Positions 12,700 through 25,985 of a stretch of 64,000 nt of DNA are shown here, piece after piece. The stretch lies in contig OZ024744.1 of NCBI GenBank assembly GCA_964016885.1, positions 117,428,001-117,492,000 of the forward strand, written 5' to 3'. How positions within the stretch are numbered: the stretch's first letter is position 1; each line of letters starts with the position of its first letter. A model generated the notes under the pieces. That model did no database searches, was not told where the DNA came from, and saw only the letters and a list, made by a program, of their open reading frames with translations. The translations under genes and the position numbers were made by a program. Origin of the DNA: Eledone cirrhosa. Lineage: Eukaryota.

Positions 12700-15600
12700 C
12701 TACAGGCTGATATAGAGAGAAGACCCATTCACTCTGGCCATTCTCCCTACTTTCACCCACCTTTCATAAAACTTGCTGGGGTAGAGCACCTCTCTCTCCA
12801 TTCTGATCCTTCTTTTAAAATGGTATTTGAAAAAGGGCACCAGTTGTTGGCCGGAGAGAAAGGTGTCTGACCTCAGCCCTTTCAGCCTCGTCCACCATAC
12901 AACTTCTTTAGCCATGGCTATCACACAGAGAAAAACCGCCTCTCCTTCGTTTTTGAAAGGGGGAGGCGGTTTGATCGTGACAATGGACTCGGTGGTCAAC
13001 CGGATTGGTCCCACCCTCGACAGTAGTCGTTCCACATAGCCCCACAGGTCAGCAATGCCTGGGCAGTGTACGAATGCGTGCGCAACGGTTTCGTCATCAT
13101 GCACGCATCTCGGACAGATCTTATTCAAAGGATCTCTACCCAGGCTCCCATGCCTGTGGAGCTTGTCTCGAACGGGTAGAGCCCCTCGGTAGCACTGCCA
13201 AGCCAGGGACTTTTGGAAGTTGTCCATCGGTCCAGGGCCAAACGTCCTACCGAACAGACTGGCCAGTTCATCTTCCTCCATGCCTAGAGCTTCTCCGAGA
13301 GCATCGTCGCACCTGCTGCGTACCAACCCTCTATAGAATGTCGAGGTGGAGTCTCCACTGATTGCCGGGTCCGCTTTCCAGAGGGCCGTGAGCGCCTGGG
13401 CACATTCAATGTGCCAGTCGCCCACTTTTCTCGGTCTTTGCTTGACTCAGGATTGCAGCTCGGTGAGCGAGACGAGTCTGGGAAAGGCTCGCCTCACAAA
13501 CGGGGCCCACACCGGTTGACCGGTGAGGAATACCTGGAGGTGCCGAAGCCTTAATGCGTGTTTACGCATCTGTAGCCACGGCATCCCCAGCCCTCCTTTC
13601 GAAGGGTGTTGACAGCAGATGGATCTCCTCACCAAAGGGGTCCGCTTGTTCCAAAGAAATTGGAACAGCGCGCACTCCATTTTGGCGAGTCTTTTCACTG
13701 GGCAAGGCACGACGGTCAAGCGGTAGTAGATGACGGATGCTATATAAGTATTCGCCACCTCCGCTCGACCTTTCAGGGATAGTTTGCACTGGGCCCACTT
13801 CTGGGTGAGTGCAAACACCCTGGCCGTTACCTCGTTCCAGTTTTTCTCCACCTGGAGGTCTGGTCCGAACCAGACCCCAAGCAGCTTCACCGGGCCCTCC
13901 GTCCAGCGTCCGACGACGTCGTTGGAGGGCATCGGTTTGCCTCTCCATGTTCCGAGTTGCAAACCGACGGACTTGTCCCGGTTCAGCTTGGCTCCTGTAA
14001 ACCTTTCATATTCCTCCAGTAAGGTGCCGATCTCACCGATTTGCGAGGTTTTCGACACCATTACTGTCACGTCATCGGCGTAGGCCGACGCCGCTTTCTG
14101 CAATCCCGGTTCCAAAGGGATGCCCTGCAACCGCTCCAACTTCCGCAGTAGTGGCTCAAGAGCCAGCACATACAGTAGGGAGGAGAGAGGGCATCCCTGT
14201 CGGATGGATCGCATGATTTGGAACGGCTCCGAGAGGTGGCCGTTCACCTTGACCCTTGAGCAGACGTTGCTGCTGTGCATCGCAGCAATCCAACCCCTGA
14301 AAACGGGTCCGAAGCCTGCCGCCGCGAGCACCGCATCCAGGTAACGATGGTCAACCCTATCGAAAGCTTTAGATTGATCCAAGTTGATCAGGGCCCCACC
14401 AAAGCCGGGTTCATTCCCTACCCTCTCTATGATGTATCGCATAAGGTGGAGATTGTCGTGAATGGACCTGGACGGGATTGCGCATGTCTGCGCTTCTCCC
14501 ACCAGGTTTCCAACGACAAGCGCCAACCTCTTCGCTAACACCTTGGCCAAAATCTTTAACTCTGTATTTAGCAGAGTTATGGGCCTGAAGTTACTTATGT
14601 CATCCCCCTTGTTCTCATCCTTCCTCACCAGCGTAACTACGCCCTTGGTCACAGAACTGGGAATTCTCCCGTTCTGCTGCCAGCTGCAGTAGACCGCTTC
14701 GAGGATATCGGAGAACAAGTCCGGCATCGCTACATATAGCTCGTATGGTAGACCATCGAGACCCGGGGATTTGCGTTTGCCGCATTGGCTCAGCGCCGCC
14801 CCTATCTCAGCAGCTGAAATCGTCCTTTCGCAGGACTTCGCCTCCGCGTCCGAGAGGCGCGGCAGACCGTCGAGGTATGGATTGAAATCCATAGTCTCAC
14901 CCGGCGCGCCGCCCCTCTCGAACAGTCGTGCAAAGTGCCGCTGAAAGGCCGCACACATCTGCCCAGGTTCAAGGATCACACGCCCATCCTGGTCCTTCAA
15001 AGACCGAATCGTGGACTTGTTCCCACTTTTTGCCTCTGTCACTCGGGCCCAGCTCACAGCTTTGGCTCCCTCATTACCCAGAGCACGTATTTTACTCCTG
15101 ACAACGCAGCCTTCATGCTTCACCTCAAAGAACTGGTCTAAGGCCATTCTTGATGCCAGCACGCCGGCTACATTGCCACTCCTAATCGCCTCTTCTACTC
15201 TATCTACTAATTCCCTTTCCGTCTTGTTCCTATCCCTTGCTAATTCCTGACTAAAACCTATCGATTCTATTCTAATTGCTCTCTTAAGAGAGCTCCACCA
15301 CCTGTTGTTGACAATTGCCCCTGTCAAACTCTGCTTAACTAACGTGCTAATCCGTTTACTGTAAGCTTTGCTTCTCGGTAAGGACAAGTTCAGCTTCCAG
15401 TAACCGGGTCCCTGTCTATGGGTTCTATCAAGGTTGGCTATGCAGGTCACTAACTTGTGATCCGAATAGTCAACCATGGACATTTTTGGACAGCTAAATG
15501 TGTCCCTATCATTCTCTCTAACTAGGACCCTATCTAGGTACGACCTAGATGTTCCACTGCGATTGGTCCACGTCCATAGTGGTACAGTCGGAAAATCTAG

Positions 15601-16137
15601 TCGATATCTATCGGCCAGGTCAAATCGGCCGATTAACCTTTTGAGGCTTTTACACCCCCCTCTATTGGCACATGCCCCTACATAGTCCCAACGTGCATCC
15701 AGGATACCATTCCAGTCCCCCACTAAAAGCAAGGAGCGGGACGTTCCCAGAAAAGTTTCCAGACGTTGGAAGTATTCCGGCCGCGCTGCCCAAAAAGGGG
15801 CGTACACAGCTATTAGTCTAAGGGCTCCACTTTCACTACTGCCGACGTCTAAAACCACCAGTCGACCCTCCGGGTCCAGGTGCACCTTCTGTATGGCGAG
15901 GCCCAGGTGTTTTCGCAGCAGAACGACAACTCCACCCCCACCCCCCGGTTGACAGAGAGATGCGAAGATCTCAAAGTCGTCGAAGAGGGGCGCCAGTTGG
16001 TGCTCGCTGCTGATCCTGGACTCGCAAATAGCCATTACATCCATTCTATGCGACCTGAGATCGTTTAAAAGTTTGCCTTGTTTCCAAGACAGTCCCAGGC
16101 CACGTACATTCAGACACCCAACTCTTATATCAGCCAT
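12700..16137 (-). pseudogene. Tx1 ORF2 (APE-RT-zf), ~1145 codons, one premature stop at 13447
   Basis: 896-aa ORF continues in frame after a TGA where copies 1 and 2 read W. Confidence 0.92.
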
Positions 16138-16158
16138 GTTGGTTAAAAGAGTAAGGAC

Positions 16159-17889
16159 CTACCTGTTCGGCTCCTGAGGAGCAGGTTGCACAATATCCAT
16201 GGGCGTATTGGAGGGGTTGTTTGGTGGGGTGTTGTTCTGTGGTGGAGTGGGGGTGTTTGGTGAGGTGTGGGTGGGGAAACGTTTCAAGAGGACGCGGTTA
16301 TAGGGTCGAGTACATGTTTTCCCCACGTCCTCAGGAAAGTTCTCTCTTAGTTTTGCATAGGTGTCCATTGGGAGTCTTATCATTTTTAAATGCGGTTTGT
16401 TGGCCGCGCTTGCAAAGAATTGCCCTTCAGTTTCCACCAAAGGGTCTTTGTGTATTGTTTTTACTAGTTCTTTGTTATTTGTGTTAATGTATGTATACTG
16501 TTTTATTTGTGTTGTGTTTGTTTGTTGTTCTTGTGTGTGCTTACGTTTTGTTGTATGTGTTATGTTTTGGGGTGGGGCGGATTTTGTTTGTTCTGTTTGT
16601 TTTGTTTTTGTTGGTGGTTGTGTGTTTGTTTCGTTTATGTTCGAGTGGTGCTTTCTTTTTTTCCTTTTTACAGGTTGGAAGGGTTCCCCCTCTTCGTCAC
16701 TAGGTGCCGTTTCCGCTGGGTCTTCGTCCGTGCTGTCGGGTAGTGGTGTATTTTGGGGTTTTGTTGTATTTGTGTGTGTTTTGGGAGTTGTTTTGGGTGG
16801 GGCCGTGTCTTGTGTTATTTTTCCCTGTTGTTTTTGTTGTTGTTGTGGTGGTGGTGGTGGAGGTGGTGGTGGTGGTGGTGGTGTGTGGGGTGTAGGCAAA
16901 AGAGCTTTTTTTTTTGTCAATTGAGGACAAGCAGCCCTTAGATGACCCCTGCTTGAACAGTAGTAACATATGGGCCTCCTACCCTCGGCTGAAATATATA
17001 TAAATGTTTCTCCATCGAGGGACACCCTCTGTGGTATTCTAGCTATTCGTTCTGGTCTCATTTGGACCAGAACCTCCACGCTCAAACCGCCGAAAACGTC
17101 TGTGGTGACTTCTCCTACTGAGAGGATTCCGTCCTCGTCTTCTAAAAATCCTGTTAGTACCCAGGAAATGCATGCATTTGGCCGGATTCCGGAGACCCTT
17201 ATCTTCTGCGTTCTTTTCCCTAAATATGTGGGGAAAAATGTATGTAGCTTGGAAACAATTGGTGCCACAGAGTATTTCCTGGCCGTCAATTGATCCTTCA
17301 TTAGGACCGTTATATTCCCATAGAGTGGCCCTTTTTGTATGAACGATATATCACTCCACACATTTTTTAGGACCAGCTCAATCTCTTTTTGGGATAATTG
17401 AGTTGGTTTCCTTGTTATGTTGGAAATTGTTCTGAAAGATATCGTTCTTAGCGTCGTATCTCTTTTGATTTCTTGTGGGGAGGTGATTGTGAAGTCTCCT
17501 CCTTCTTTGAAAGTTACATACTGTTTCGCTTCCTTCATCTTTTCTCTCAGAGTTGTAATGTCCAGTTGCTTGCAGGTTTGTGTTTTCCGGACCGCCTGTG
17601 CAAAGGAGGCACCAGTAGTGGGTTCGCTTTGTTTGGTGTTATCGTTATTTTTTCCTTGGTTGGTGTTGTGACTATTGCTGTTATTGTCGTTGTTGTTTTT
17701 GTCTGCGTTTATGTGACTTTCTGGGTTTTCACCCATTTTTACAAATTTTTCTTTTAATTCCGTGTTCCATGTTTCTTTTGCAGAAGTCAGGAGGGAAGAC
17801 TTAGAGCCTTGTGCTTCTAGCTTCTCTGTATCACATTTCTTAGGGGGCGTGGCTTTCACGTTAGGATGAGATGTGAAAATTCCGTCCAT
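16159..17889 (-). CDS. Tx1 ORF1 (CCHC zinc knuckle protein)
   Basis: Near-identical to copy 1 ORF1, with a shorter poly-Pro run. Confidence 0.85.
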   Translation of the reverse strand: MDGIFTSHPNVKATPPKKCDTEKLEAQGSKSSLLTSAKETWNTELKEKFVKMGENPESHINADKNNNDNNSNSHNTNQGKNNDNTKQSEPTTGASFAQAVRKTQTCKQLDITTLREKMKEAKQYVTFKEGGDFTITSPQEIKRDTTLRTISFRTISNITRKPTQLSQKEIELVLKNVWSDISFIQKGPLYGNITVLMKDQLTARKYSVAPIVSKLHTFFPTYLGKRTQKIRVSGIRPNACISWVLTGFLEDEDGILSVGEVTTDVFGGLSVEVLVQMRPERIARIPQRVSLDGETFIYISAEGRRPICYYCSSRGHLRAACPQLTKKKALLPTPHTPPPPPPPPPPPPQQQQKQQGKITQDTAPPKTTPKTHTNTTKPQNTPLPDSTDEDPAETAPSDEEGEPFQPVKRKKRKHHSNINETNTQPPTKTKQTEQTKSAPPQNITHTTKRKHTQEQQTNTTQIKQYTYINTNNKELVKTIHKDPLVETEGQFFASAANKPHLKMIRLPMDTYAKLRENFPEDVGKTCTRPYNRVLLKRFPTHTSPNTPTPPQNNTPPNNPSNTPMDIVQPAPQEPNR

Positions 17890-18100
17890 TTCTATTAGTT
17901 TGCCGTAATAAATTTTTAACTGGAAAATTCGCCCCAAAAAGGGGCGAAAATAAATAAACTCAAAGTTTGACGACCAAGGCAAGGGGTTAACGTATATTAC
18001 AGTATAAAAAAATTAATCAAAACTCACTTTTTGAGTAAGTAAATCCGACTCGGTAGCCGAGCTTGTTCACACACGTCAACACACGTCTCTCGTATACGAG

Positions 18101-21100
18101 ATGTTATGTGAGATATTATGTGAGGTAAAGCCTTTACTGGGAAAATATAATAGTATATATAGAGTAATGTAAATGTTATGTGAGATATTATGTGAGGTAA
18201 AGCCTTTACTGTGAAAATACAATAGTATATATAGAGTAATGTAAATGTTATGTGAGGTATTATATGAGGTAAAGCCCTTACTGGGAAAATATAATAGTAT
18301 ATATAGAGTAATGTAAATGTTATGTGAGATATTATGTGAGGTAAAGCCCTTACTGGGAAAATATAATAGTATATATAGAGTAATGTAAATGTTATGTGAG
18401 ATATTATGTGAGGTAAAGCCTTTACTGTGAAAATATAATAGTATATATAGAGTAATGTAAATGTTATGTGAGATATTATGTGAGGTAAAGCCTTTACTGT
18501 GAAAATACAATAGTATATATAGAGTAATGTAAATGTTATGTGAGGTATTATGTGAGGTAAAGACTTTACTGTGAAAATACAATAGTATATATAGAGTAAT
18601 GTAAATGCTATGTGAGGTAAAGCCTCTACTGGGAAAATACAATAGTATATATAGAGTAATGTAAATGTTATGTGAGATATTATGTGAGGTAAAGCCTTTA
18701 CTGTGAAAATACAATAGTATATATAGAGTAATGTAAATGCTATGTGAGGTAAAGCCTCTACTGGGAAAATACAATAGTATATATAGAGTAATGTAAATGT
18801 TATGTGAGATATTATGTGAGGTAAAGCCTTTACTGTGAAAATACAATAGTATATATAGAGTAATGTAAATGTTATGTGAGATATTATGTGAGGTAAAGAC
18901 TTTACTGTGAAAATACAATAGTATATATAGAATAATGTAAATGTTATGTGAGGTATTATGTGAGGTAAAGCCTTTACTGTGAAAATATAATAGTATATAT
19001 AGAGTAATGTAAATGTTATGTGAGATATTATGTGAGGTAAAGCCTTTACTGTGAAAATACAATAGTATATATAGAGTAATGTAAATGCTATGTGAGGTAA
19101 AGCCTCTACTGGGAAAATACAATAGTATATATAGAGTAATGTAAATGTTATGTGAGATATTATGTGAGGTAAAGCCTTTACTGTGAAAATACAATAGTAT
19201 ATATAGAGTAATGTAAATGTTATGTGAGATATTATGTGAGGTAAAGACTTTACTGTGAAAATACAATAGTATATATAGAATAATGTAAATGTTATGTGAG
19301 GTATTATGTGAGGTAAAGCCTTTACTGTGAAAATACAATAGTATATATAGAGTAATGTAAATGTTATGTGAGGTATTATATGAGGTAAAGCCCTTACTGG
19401 GAAAATATAATAGTATATATAGAGTAATGTAAATGTTATGTGAGATATTATGTGAGGTAAAGCCCTTACTGGGAAAATATAATAGTATATATAGAGTAAT
19501 GTAAATGTTATGTGAGATATTATGTGAGGTAAAGCCTTTACTGTGAAAATATAATAGTATATATAGAGTAATGTAAATGTTATGTGAGATATTATGTGAG
19601 GTAAAGCCTTTACTGTGAAAATACAATAGTATATATAGAGTAATGTAAATGTTATGTGAGGTATTATGTGAGGTAAAGACTTTACTGTGAAAATACAATA
19701 GTATATATAGAGTAATGTAAATGCTATGTGAGGTAAAGCCTCTACTGGGAAAATACAATAGTATATATAGAGTAATGTAAATGTTATGTGAGATATTATG
19801 TGAGGTAAAGCCTTTACTGTGAAAATACAATAGTATATATAGAGTAATGTAAATGCTATGTGAGGTAAAGCCTCTACTGGGAAAATACAATAGTATATAT
19901 AGAGTAATGTAAATGTTATGTGAGGTATTATGTGAGGTAAAGACTTTACTGTGAAAATACAATAGTATATATAGAGTAATGTAAATGCTATGTGAGGTAA
20001 AGCCTCTACTGGGAAAATACAATAGTATATATAGAGTAATGTAAATGTTATGTGAGATATTATGTGAGGTAAAGCCTTTACTGTGAAAATACAATAGTAT
20101 ATATAGAGTAATGTAAATGTTATGTGAGATATTATGTGAGGTAAAGACTTTACTGTGAAAATACAATAGTATATATAGAATAATGTAAATGTTATGTGAG
20201 GTATTATGTGAGGTAAAGCCTTTACTGTGAAAATATAATAGTATATATAGAGTAATGTAAATGTTATGTGAGATATTATGTGAGGTAAAGCCTTTACTGT
20301 GAAAATACAATAGTATATATAGAGTAATGTAAATGCTATGTGAGGTAAAGCCTCTACTGGGAAAATACAATAGTATATATAGAGTAATGTAAATGTTATG
20401 TGAGATATTATGTGAGGTAAAGCCTTTACTGTGAAAATACAATAGTATATATAGAGTAATGTAAATGTTATGTGAGATATTATGTGAGGTAAAGACTTTA
20501 CTGTGAAAATACAATAGTATATATAGAATAATGTAAATGTTATGTGAGGTATTATGTGAGGTAAAGCCTTTACTGTGAAAATACAATAGTATATATAGAG
20601 TAATGTAAATGCTATGTGAGGTAAAGCCTCTACTGGGAAAATACAATAGTATATATAGAGTAATGTAAATGTTATGTGAGGTATTATGTGAGGTAAAGAC
20701 TTTACTGTGAAAATACAATAGTATATATAGAGTAATGTAAATGTTATGTGAGGTATTATGTGAGGTAAAGACTTTACTGTGAAAATACAATAGTATATAT
20801 AGAGTAATGTAAATGTTATGTGAGATATTATGTGAGGTAAAGCCTTTACTGTGAAAATACAATAGTATATATAGAGTAATGTAAATGTTATGTGAGATAT
20901 TATGTGAGGTAAAGCCTTTACTGTTAAAATACAATAGTATATATAGAGTAATGTAAATGTTATGTGAGGTAAAGTCTTTACTGTGAAAATACAATAGTAT
21001 ATATAGAGTAATGTAAATGTTATGTGAGGTAAAGCCTCTACTGGGAAAATACAATAGTATATATAGAGTAATGTAAATGCTATGTGAGGTAAAGCCTCTA

Positions 21101-21130
21101 CTGGGAAAATACAATAGTATATACAGAGTA
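18101..21130. repeat. 60/72-bp satellite, block 4 (~3 kb)
   Basis: Same unit; the ~1000-aa ORFs here are repeat translations. Confidence 0.96.
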
Positions 21131-22108
21131 AACTTTTCTTCAAGCCTCCCTAGCTTCGATAGACAGCTGCAGATCTAAACATACCAGATACCTGACAATC
21201 TACTTTTGCAGATTGTACCACTAATTGATGCACTACATTTGGGCAGTGAGAACAAAATGTTTTATGTAAAGATGGTGTGGATCTAATCACTACAGGCTGT
21301 CACCACCAGGCACAATTCTCGCAGATTTTAATCTATTTTGTGTGTTTTTTACGCTGTGTCACAACACCAATTGCGATCGTTGGTCACGTTGTAAGAATGT
21401 TGGATCATTGACTGTTGAAGATGCTAATATACAGAGAATTTCAAGAAACAACGTGTCCGACAGGGACCCTAAGATGATGACACAAGAATCGATATAAAAA
21501 AAATTCCCTTTCAGAAACTTTAATATTGATGCACCAGATCATCCCCTCAAAAAGGAAAAACACCACGCTTGACGCGATTTCTTTGAAATTTACTCAAAGA
21601 CTGTTAGACCCAACTAAGTTCAGATTCAGATAGCTGAACTGAATGATATCTAACTCTCAAAACCGAAGTATATCAATCATCACCAAGCATATTACATCAT
21701 TTTTGGTATCTCTTGCAATAACACGGTATTAGATAAACCAGATATATATATGTGTTACGATACTTGTTGAACCACTTGAGATTCAAAATAGTATGGGATA
21801 ATGTTATAAGTTCACATGAAGATATGTCACTATCTTAAAATATATAGAAATATATATTTTTGTAAATAAGACAATAAAACCATGTGGAAATGGAAGCACC
21901 AATTGAAACACAAGTTTTAAATCTCCGAAGCCGTTTATGAAAGTATTGAAGAAGACAAGAAAACACACTTCGATCTTCCGACGTGGAAGAGGCTCCTATC
22001 AGAAGAAACCGTCACCGAATCATCATTTTTCTTACCTGTTGTACAAACCTGGCTGGACACAGAACACTGCACAAACATTCTAATAGTTCTATAGAGTTAT
22101 GAAATAAT

Positions 22109-22296
22109 TGTTTCTACTTTAGGCACAAGGCCAGCAATTACCCAGTGCATTACTGGTACTTTATTTTATCGACCTTGTAAGGATGAAAGGCAAAGTCAAC
22201 CTCGGCGGGATTTGAAATCAGAATGGCAAGGGCCGTAACTCTATGCATCAAAGCATGGCGTCCAACCCTCTACCGATACTGCCAATTCACCGCCCT
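22109..22296 (-). mobile_element. tRNA-derived SINE (octopus OR-like family) with 19-bp TSD
   Basis: Minus strand begins GGCGGTGAATTGGCAG, with a B-box-like TTTCAAATCCCGCCGAGG. TSD TATAGAGTTATGAAATAAT at 22090-22108 and 22297-22315. Four more copies in the window. Confidence 0.85.
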
Positions 22297-22609
22297 TATA
22301 GAGTTATGAAATAATACATATGAATAAGCCATAGATGACGAACATCATTAAGTAATGTCAGTTTCATGAGGAGATAAAACACCTCCACCCTTTTGAAGGA
22401 AAAGAAAAAAAAAAAGAGTATAAATCCTGGAAAACTGTAAGTCCGATATTGGAAAAAAAAAAAAGAAAAAAAATCACAAGGGATTGACACTCCAAATTCA
22501 CTATTTTCCTTTTACTTTGCTCCACTTTTCAAATTAAATGACACGACGGTTCAGATATATTCAAATATTGTAAGCGCGTCCATTGAGAATATCGTCTTTG
22601 ACAAACTGG

Positions 22610-25600
22610 TCAGTTGCTCGCATGTGTGCGTGCTGAATTCTGGGTCTTTCCGCTGGGAACAACCCCTTGTTCCCCCCCCCCTTTTTTTTTTCTGTACATC
22701 CATTCACTCATTCATTTCCTGCCATTCTACCTTCCTGTGTCTCCCCCTCCATGCAGCGCCTTTTCGCTCTCGTTTTCTGGCACCTCCATATATATAGGTG
22801 AGCTATGCGGCCCTCTTACCAGCACTTTCCCTTCCATCCACACACACCAGCTACCCACCCCTGATGCCGCTCGGTGCCCCAATTTCCGGCCCCACGCCAC
22901 ATCCCCCACCCATCCAAATCAACACCTGCAGCACTACTAACAAATGGAAGAGGGGCCGGAACTGTTTGGGGTGTGGCTGCTTCCACCACCTCACCTGCGT
23001 CGGCTTGACTCGTCGAGCTTCCAATGCCCTCGCAGCGTGGAGGTGCAGGAGCTGCCTGTTCCCTACGTCTTCCCAGCCACGGCCGTCTGGCACACCACCA
23101 GATGGGACAGCGAGCTTGCTTGACACCCGAGCCTCGCTGGTCAACATCGCTCGGCTCAGGCGACTCCGGAAGATCCCACTCAGAATCCCGAGAGCGGCAC
23201 AGGTGCCGGTAGCCGATGACCTCGCTTCCTCGATTGAGAGTGCCCTGGACTCCAATCGAGCCAGTGACTGGGAGCGGCTGTTCTATTTCGCCCCACTCGC
23301 CCTCGGCCTCCCCAGTTCTGTCGCTGACCGGGGCGGCCGGTCAACAGCAGCCTTCGTCAAGGCCAATGTCTCGTCATTTGGGCGAGCGCCCATTCCAGGG
23401 ACGCCACACACCCACCCTCAGGTACCCCCTATCCTCCACCCCCAAGGCCAGCGCCAAGCGTTTGCGTGACCAGGTAAACGCAAAGCTTATCATGGGTGAT
23501 GTCTCGGCCGCAGTCAGAGTTGTTGCCTCAGAGGACACTGTCCTCCAACCCACCGAGGAGATCCTGGCTGCTCTGTGGCTCAAACACCCTGAGCCACCCA
23601 CTGATTTCAGACCCATACCCCCACCCGACCCCCACCTGCTCCTTGTGGCTACTGATGCAGATATCATGTCCGCCATCAGGTCCTTCCCAGCTAGCAGCTG
23701 CGGAGGTGTTGATGGTCTCCGACCAGGCCACCTCAAGGAGTTGACATCCCCCCTCTCTGCTGAGGCCGGGCACCGCCTTCTGAGTACAATTGTGGCGCTC
23801 ACCAATAGGCTCATTCATGGTGCTCTCGACCCTTACGCCCGAGGCCTCTTTTTTTCGGCCAGCCTCACCGCTCTCAGGAAGAAAGAGTGTGGCATACGCC
23901 CCATTGCTGTGGGCAATGTCTTCCAGAGGCTGGCTGCCAAGGTGATCTGCAAGTCCGTCACACACGAACTCGGTGAGGAGTTTAGTCCGGTGCAACTGGG
24001 TGTCGGCGTTTCCGGTGGCTGTGAGGGAGCCTCTCATGCAATCAGGCAGTTCTTCAGCAGCTGCCCATCGGTACCGGCATCCAGGGACTCCAGGCACCTC
24101 ATTGTCAAGTTGACATGAGGAATGCCTTTAACTCTTTACGCTGGGCTCATCTGCTTCAGGCCTGCCTCAGCCGAGCCCCCTCTGCCTACGCGCTGGCCTA
24201 CCTGTCATATGGAGCCCCGAGCATGCTCCTAGCTGCTGATATGGTCATACCCTCGGCTACTGGGGTCCAACAGGGCGACCCTTTGGGACCCCTCCTGTTC
24301 GCCCTTGGTATTGACCACATTACCCTGAGTATCACGGCCCCTCTCAACGTTTGGTATCTGGATGATGCTATGTTGGGTGGGCCCGTATGGACGGTCTGCC
24401 AAGACCTTCAATCGGTGATTCCTGCCCTGGCGGGAATCAGCCTCCAGGTCTACTCGGCCAAGTCGGAGGGGGTCAACGTCAGCCTCGATGCTGTGAGCTT
24501 TGCAGCCTCCGTCTTGGACGTGCGGTCCCCTCTCTGCCAGATTCAGGTGACCCCCAAAGAGGATGTCCTCATCCTCGGGTCACCGATCCACTCGCTGGCC
24601 ATCCACCATCAGGTCCAGGCTTCAACAGCTCCAGACTCTCACGAGCCAACTGGGCTTGATTGACGGCCACCCAGCTCTCTTTCTGCTGAGGAACTGCTTC
24701 GCCATGCCGAGGCTCCTCTATACACTCTGCAGCGCTCCATGCTACACCCAGACATCTCTCCTCACTGAGCTCGATACTTGTATCCGAGCAGCAGCCGAGG
24801 GGATATGCAACGTCAAGTTTGATGACATAGGGTGGCAACAGGCCACTTTACCGATCTCACTAGCTTTGCCGGCGTATCTTTCGTCAGTAACCTCATGCCG
24901 CATCCTCGTCGGCAGGGTTCTTCAAAACACAACAGAACCCTCTGTGTTCAGAGAACATGAGGCCGCCTGTGAGACGTGGGTCGGCTGGGACTTAGCCCAG
25001 TAGACGTCCCTCCTACTTCTCCCCCTGTTGACGTCAAGTCCCCCCAACGCACTTGGGATGCCATCCACTGCAGCCTGGTCTCAGACAGGCTCACGCGCCA
25101 GCTCGATCAGCACTGCCTTGCTTGTTTTCATGTGGCCTCCAAACCCCACAGTGGTGCCTGGCTCCATGCCCTGCCCTCCTTCTCCACTGGCACACAGCTA
25201 GACAACCATAACCTGCGAATCGGCATTTCCCTGAGACTCGGCCTCCAGATCTGCCAGCCACACCAATGTCGCTGTGATTCCACCGTGGACTCTTTCGGCC
25301 TCCACCCGCTTTCCTGTCGCTACAGTGACGGCCCCATTCCACGCCATACTGCTCTCAACGAGGTCATTAAGCATGGCTTGGATGCTGCAGGCTTCCCCTC
25401 CCAGCTCGAGCCGGTGGGGCTGGATCGAGGGGACGGCAAAAGGCCAGATGGCATGATCATCTTCCAGTTCTGTGGTGGCAAAGCCCTCGTCTGGGATGCC
25501 ACTTGCACCAACACTTTCTGCAGCCACAGCCTGGTCCAGACTGCGACTGACCCAGGTTCTGCTGCATGTCAGGCTGAGGGGGCCAAACTCCTCAAATACC

Positions 25601-25860
25601 GGTCGCTCTCCGACAGGTTTGCGGTCGTACCCCTGGCAGTGGAAACTTCTAGTGTCCTCAGCCCCAGGGCTGCCTCCTTACTCAGCACCATAGGGGCTGA
25701 GCTGGCCAGCCGTAGGTGTGAGCCCCGCGAGTTGGAGTGGCTTTTCCAGCGCGTCTCCCTTGCCGTCCTCCAGGGAAACGCCTTCTCCATTCTGTCCACC
25801 AGGGCTGTGGGTGGGCCCCATCACATACCAATACATTAGTTAAATACCATTCTTTCATCT
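22610..25860 (+). mobile_element. CRE-clade-like (R2 group) non-LTR retrotransposon, degenerate
   Basis: GC-rich block containing a single frameshifted RT/endonuclease ORF; ends approximate. Confidence 0.75.
22798..25839 (+). pseudogene. PHD-like finger + RT + CCHC + restriction-like (PD-D/E) endonuclease, several frameshifts
   Basis: CLGCGCFHHLTC...WRCRSC (PHD-like); GIRPIAVG, QLGVGVSGGCE, GVQQGDPLGP, WYLDD (RT); CRC...GLHPLSC, RHTALN, KRPDG...WDATC (REL endonuclease). Confidence 0.8.
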
Positions 25861-25905
25861 CATACATATATATACTGACTTTATAAAGGTGGGTTTCATC
25901 ACACC

Positions 25906-25985
25906 AATGTAAATGTTATGTGAGATATTATGTGAGGTAAAGCCTTTACTGTGAAAATACAATAGTATATATAGAGTAATGTAAA
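25906..25985 (+). repeat. Solo monomer of the 72-bp Tx1-associated satellite
   Basis: One intact unit, 4.8 kb from the array. Confidence 0.9.

Larger units (their letters stand above)
12463..18100 (-). mobile_element. Tx1 full-length copy 3
   Basis: Same organisation as copy 1 and an identical 5' junction. Confidence 0.93.

Noticed and set aside
18024-21143. 1039-aa and 1012-aa ORFs (also 8690-9787 and 11488-12480)
   Set aside because: Translations of a stop-free satellite whose unit lengths (60/72) are multiples of 3; no protein-like complexity.
22030-22080. Minus-strand splice donor (CAG|GTAAG) suggesting a nested antisense gene
   Set aside because: A single motif with no supporting ORF or partner exons.
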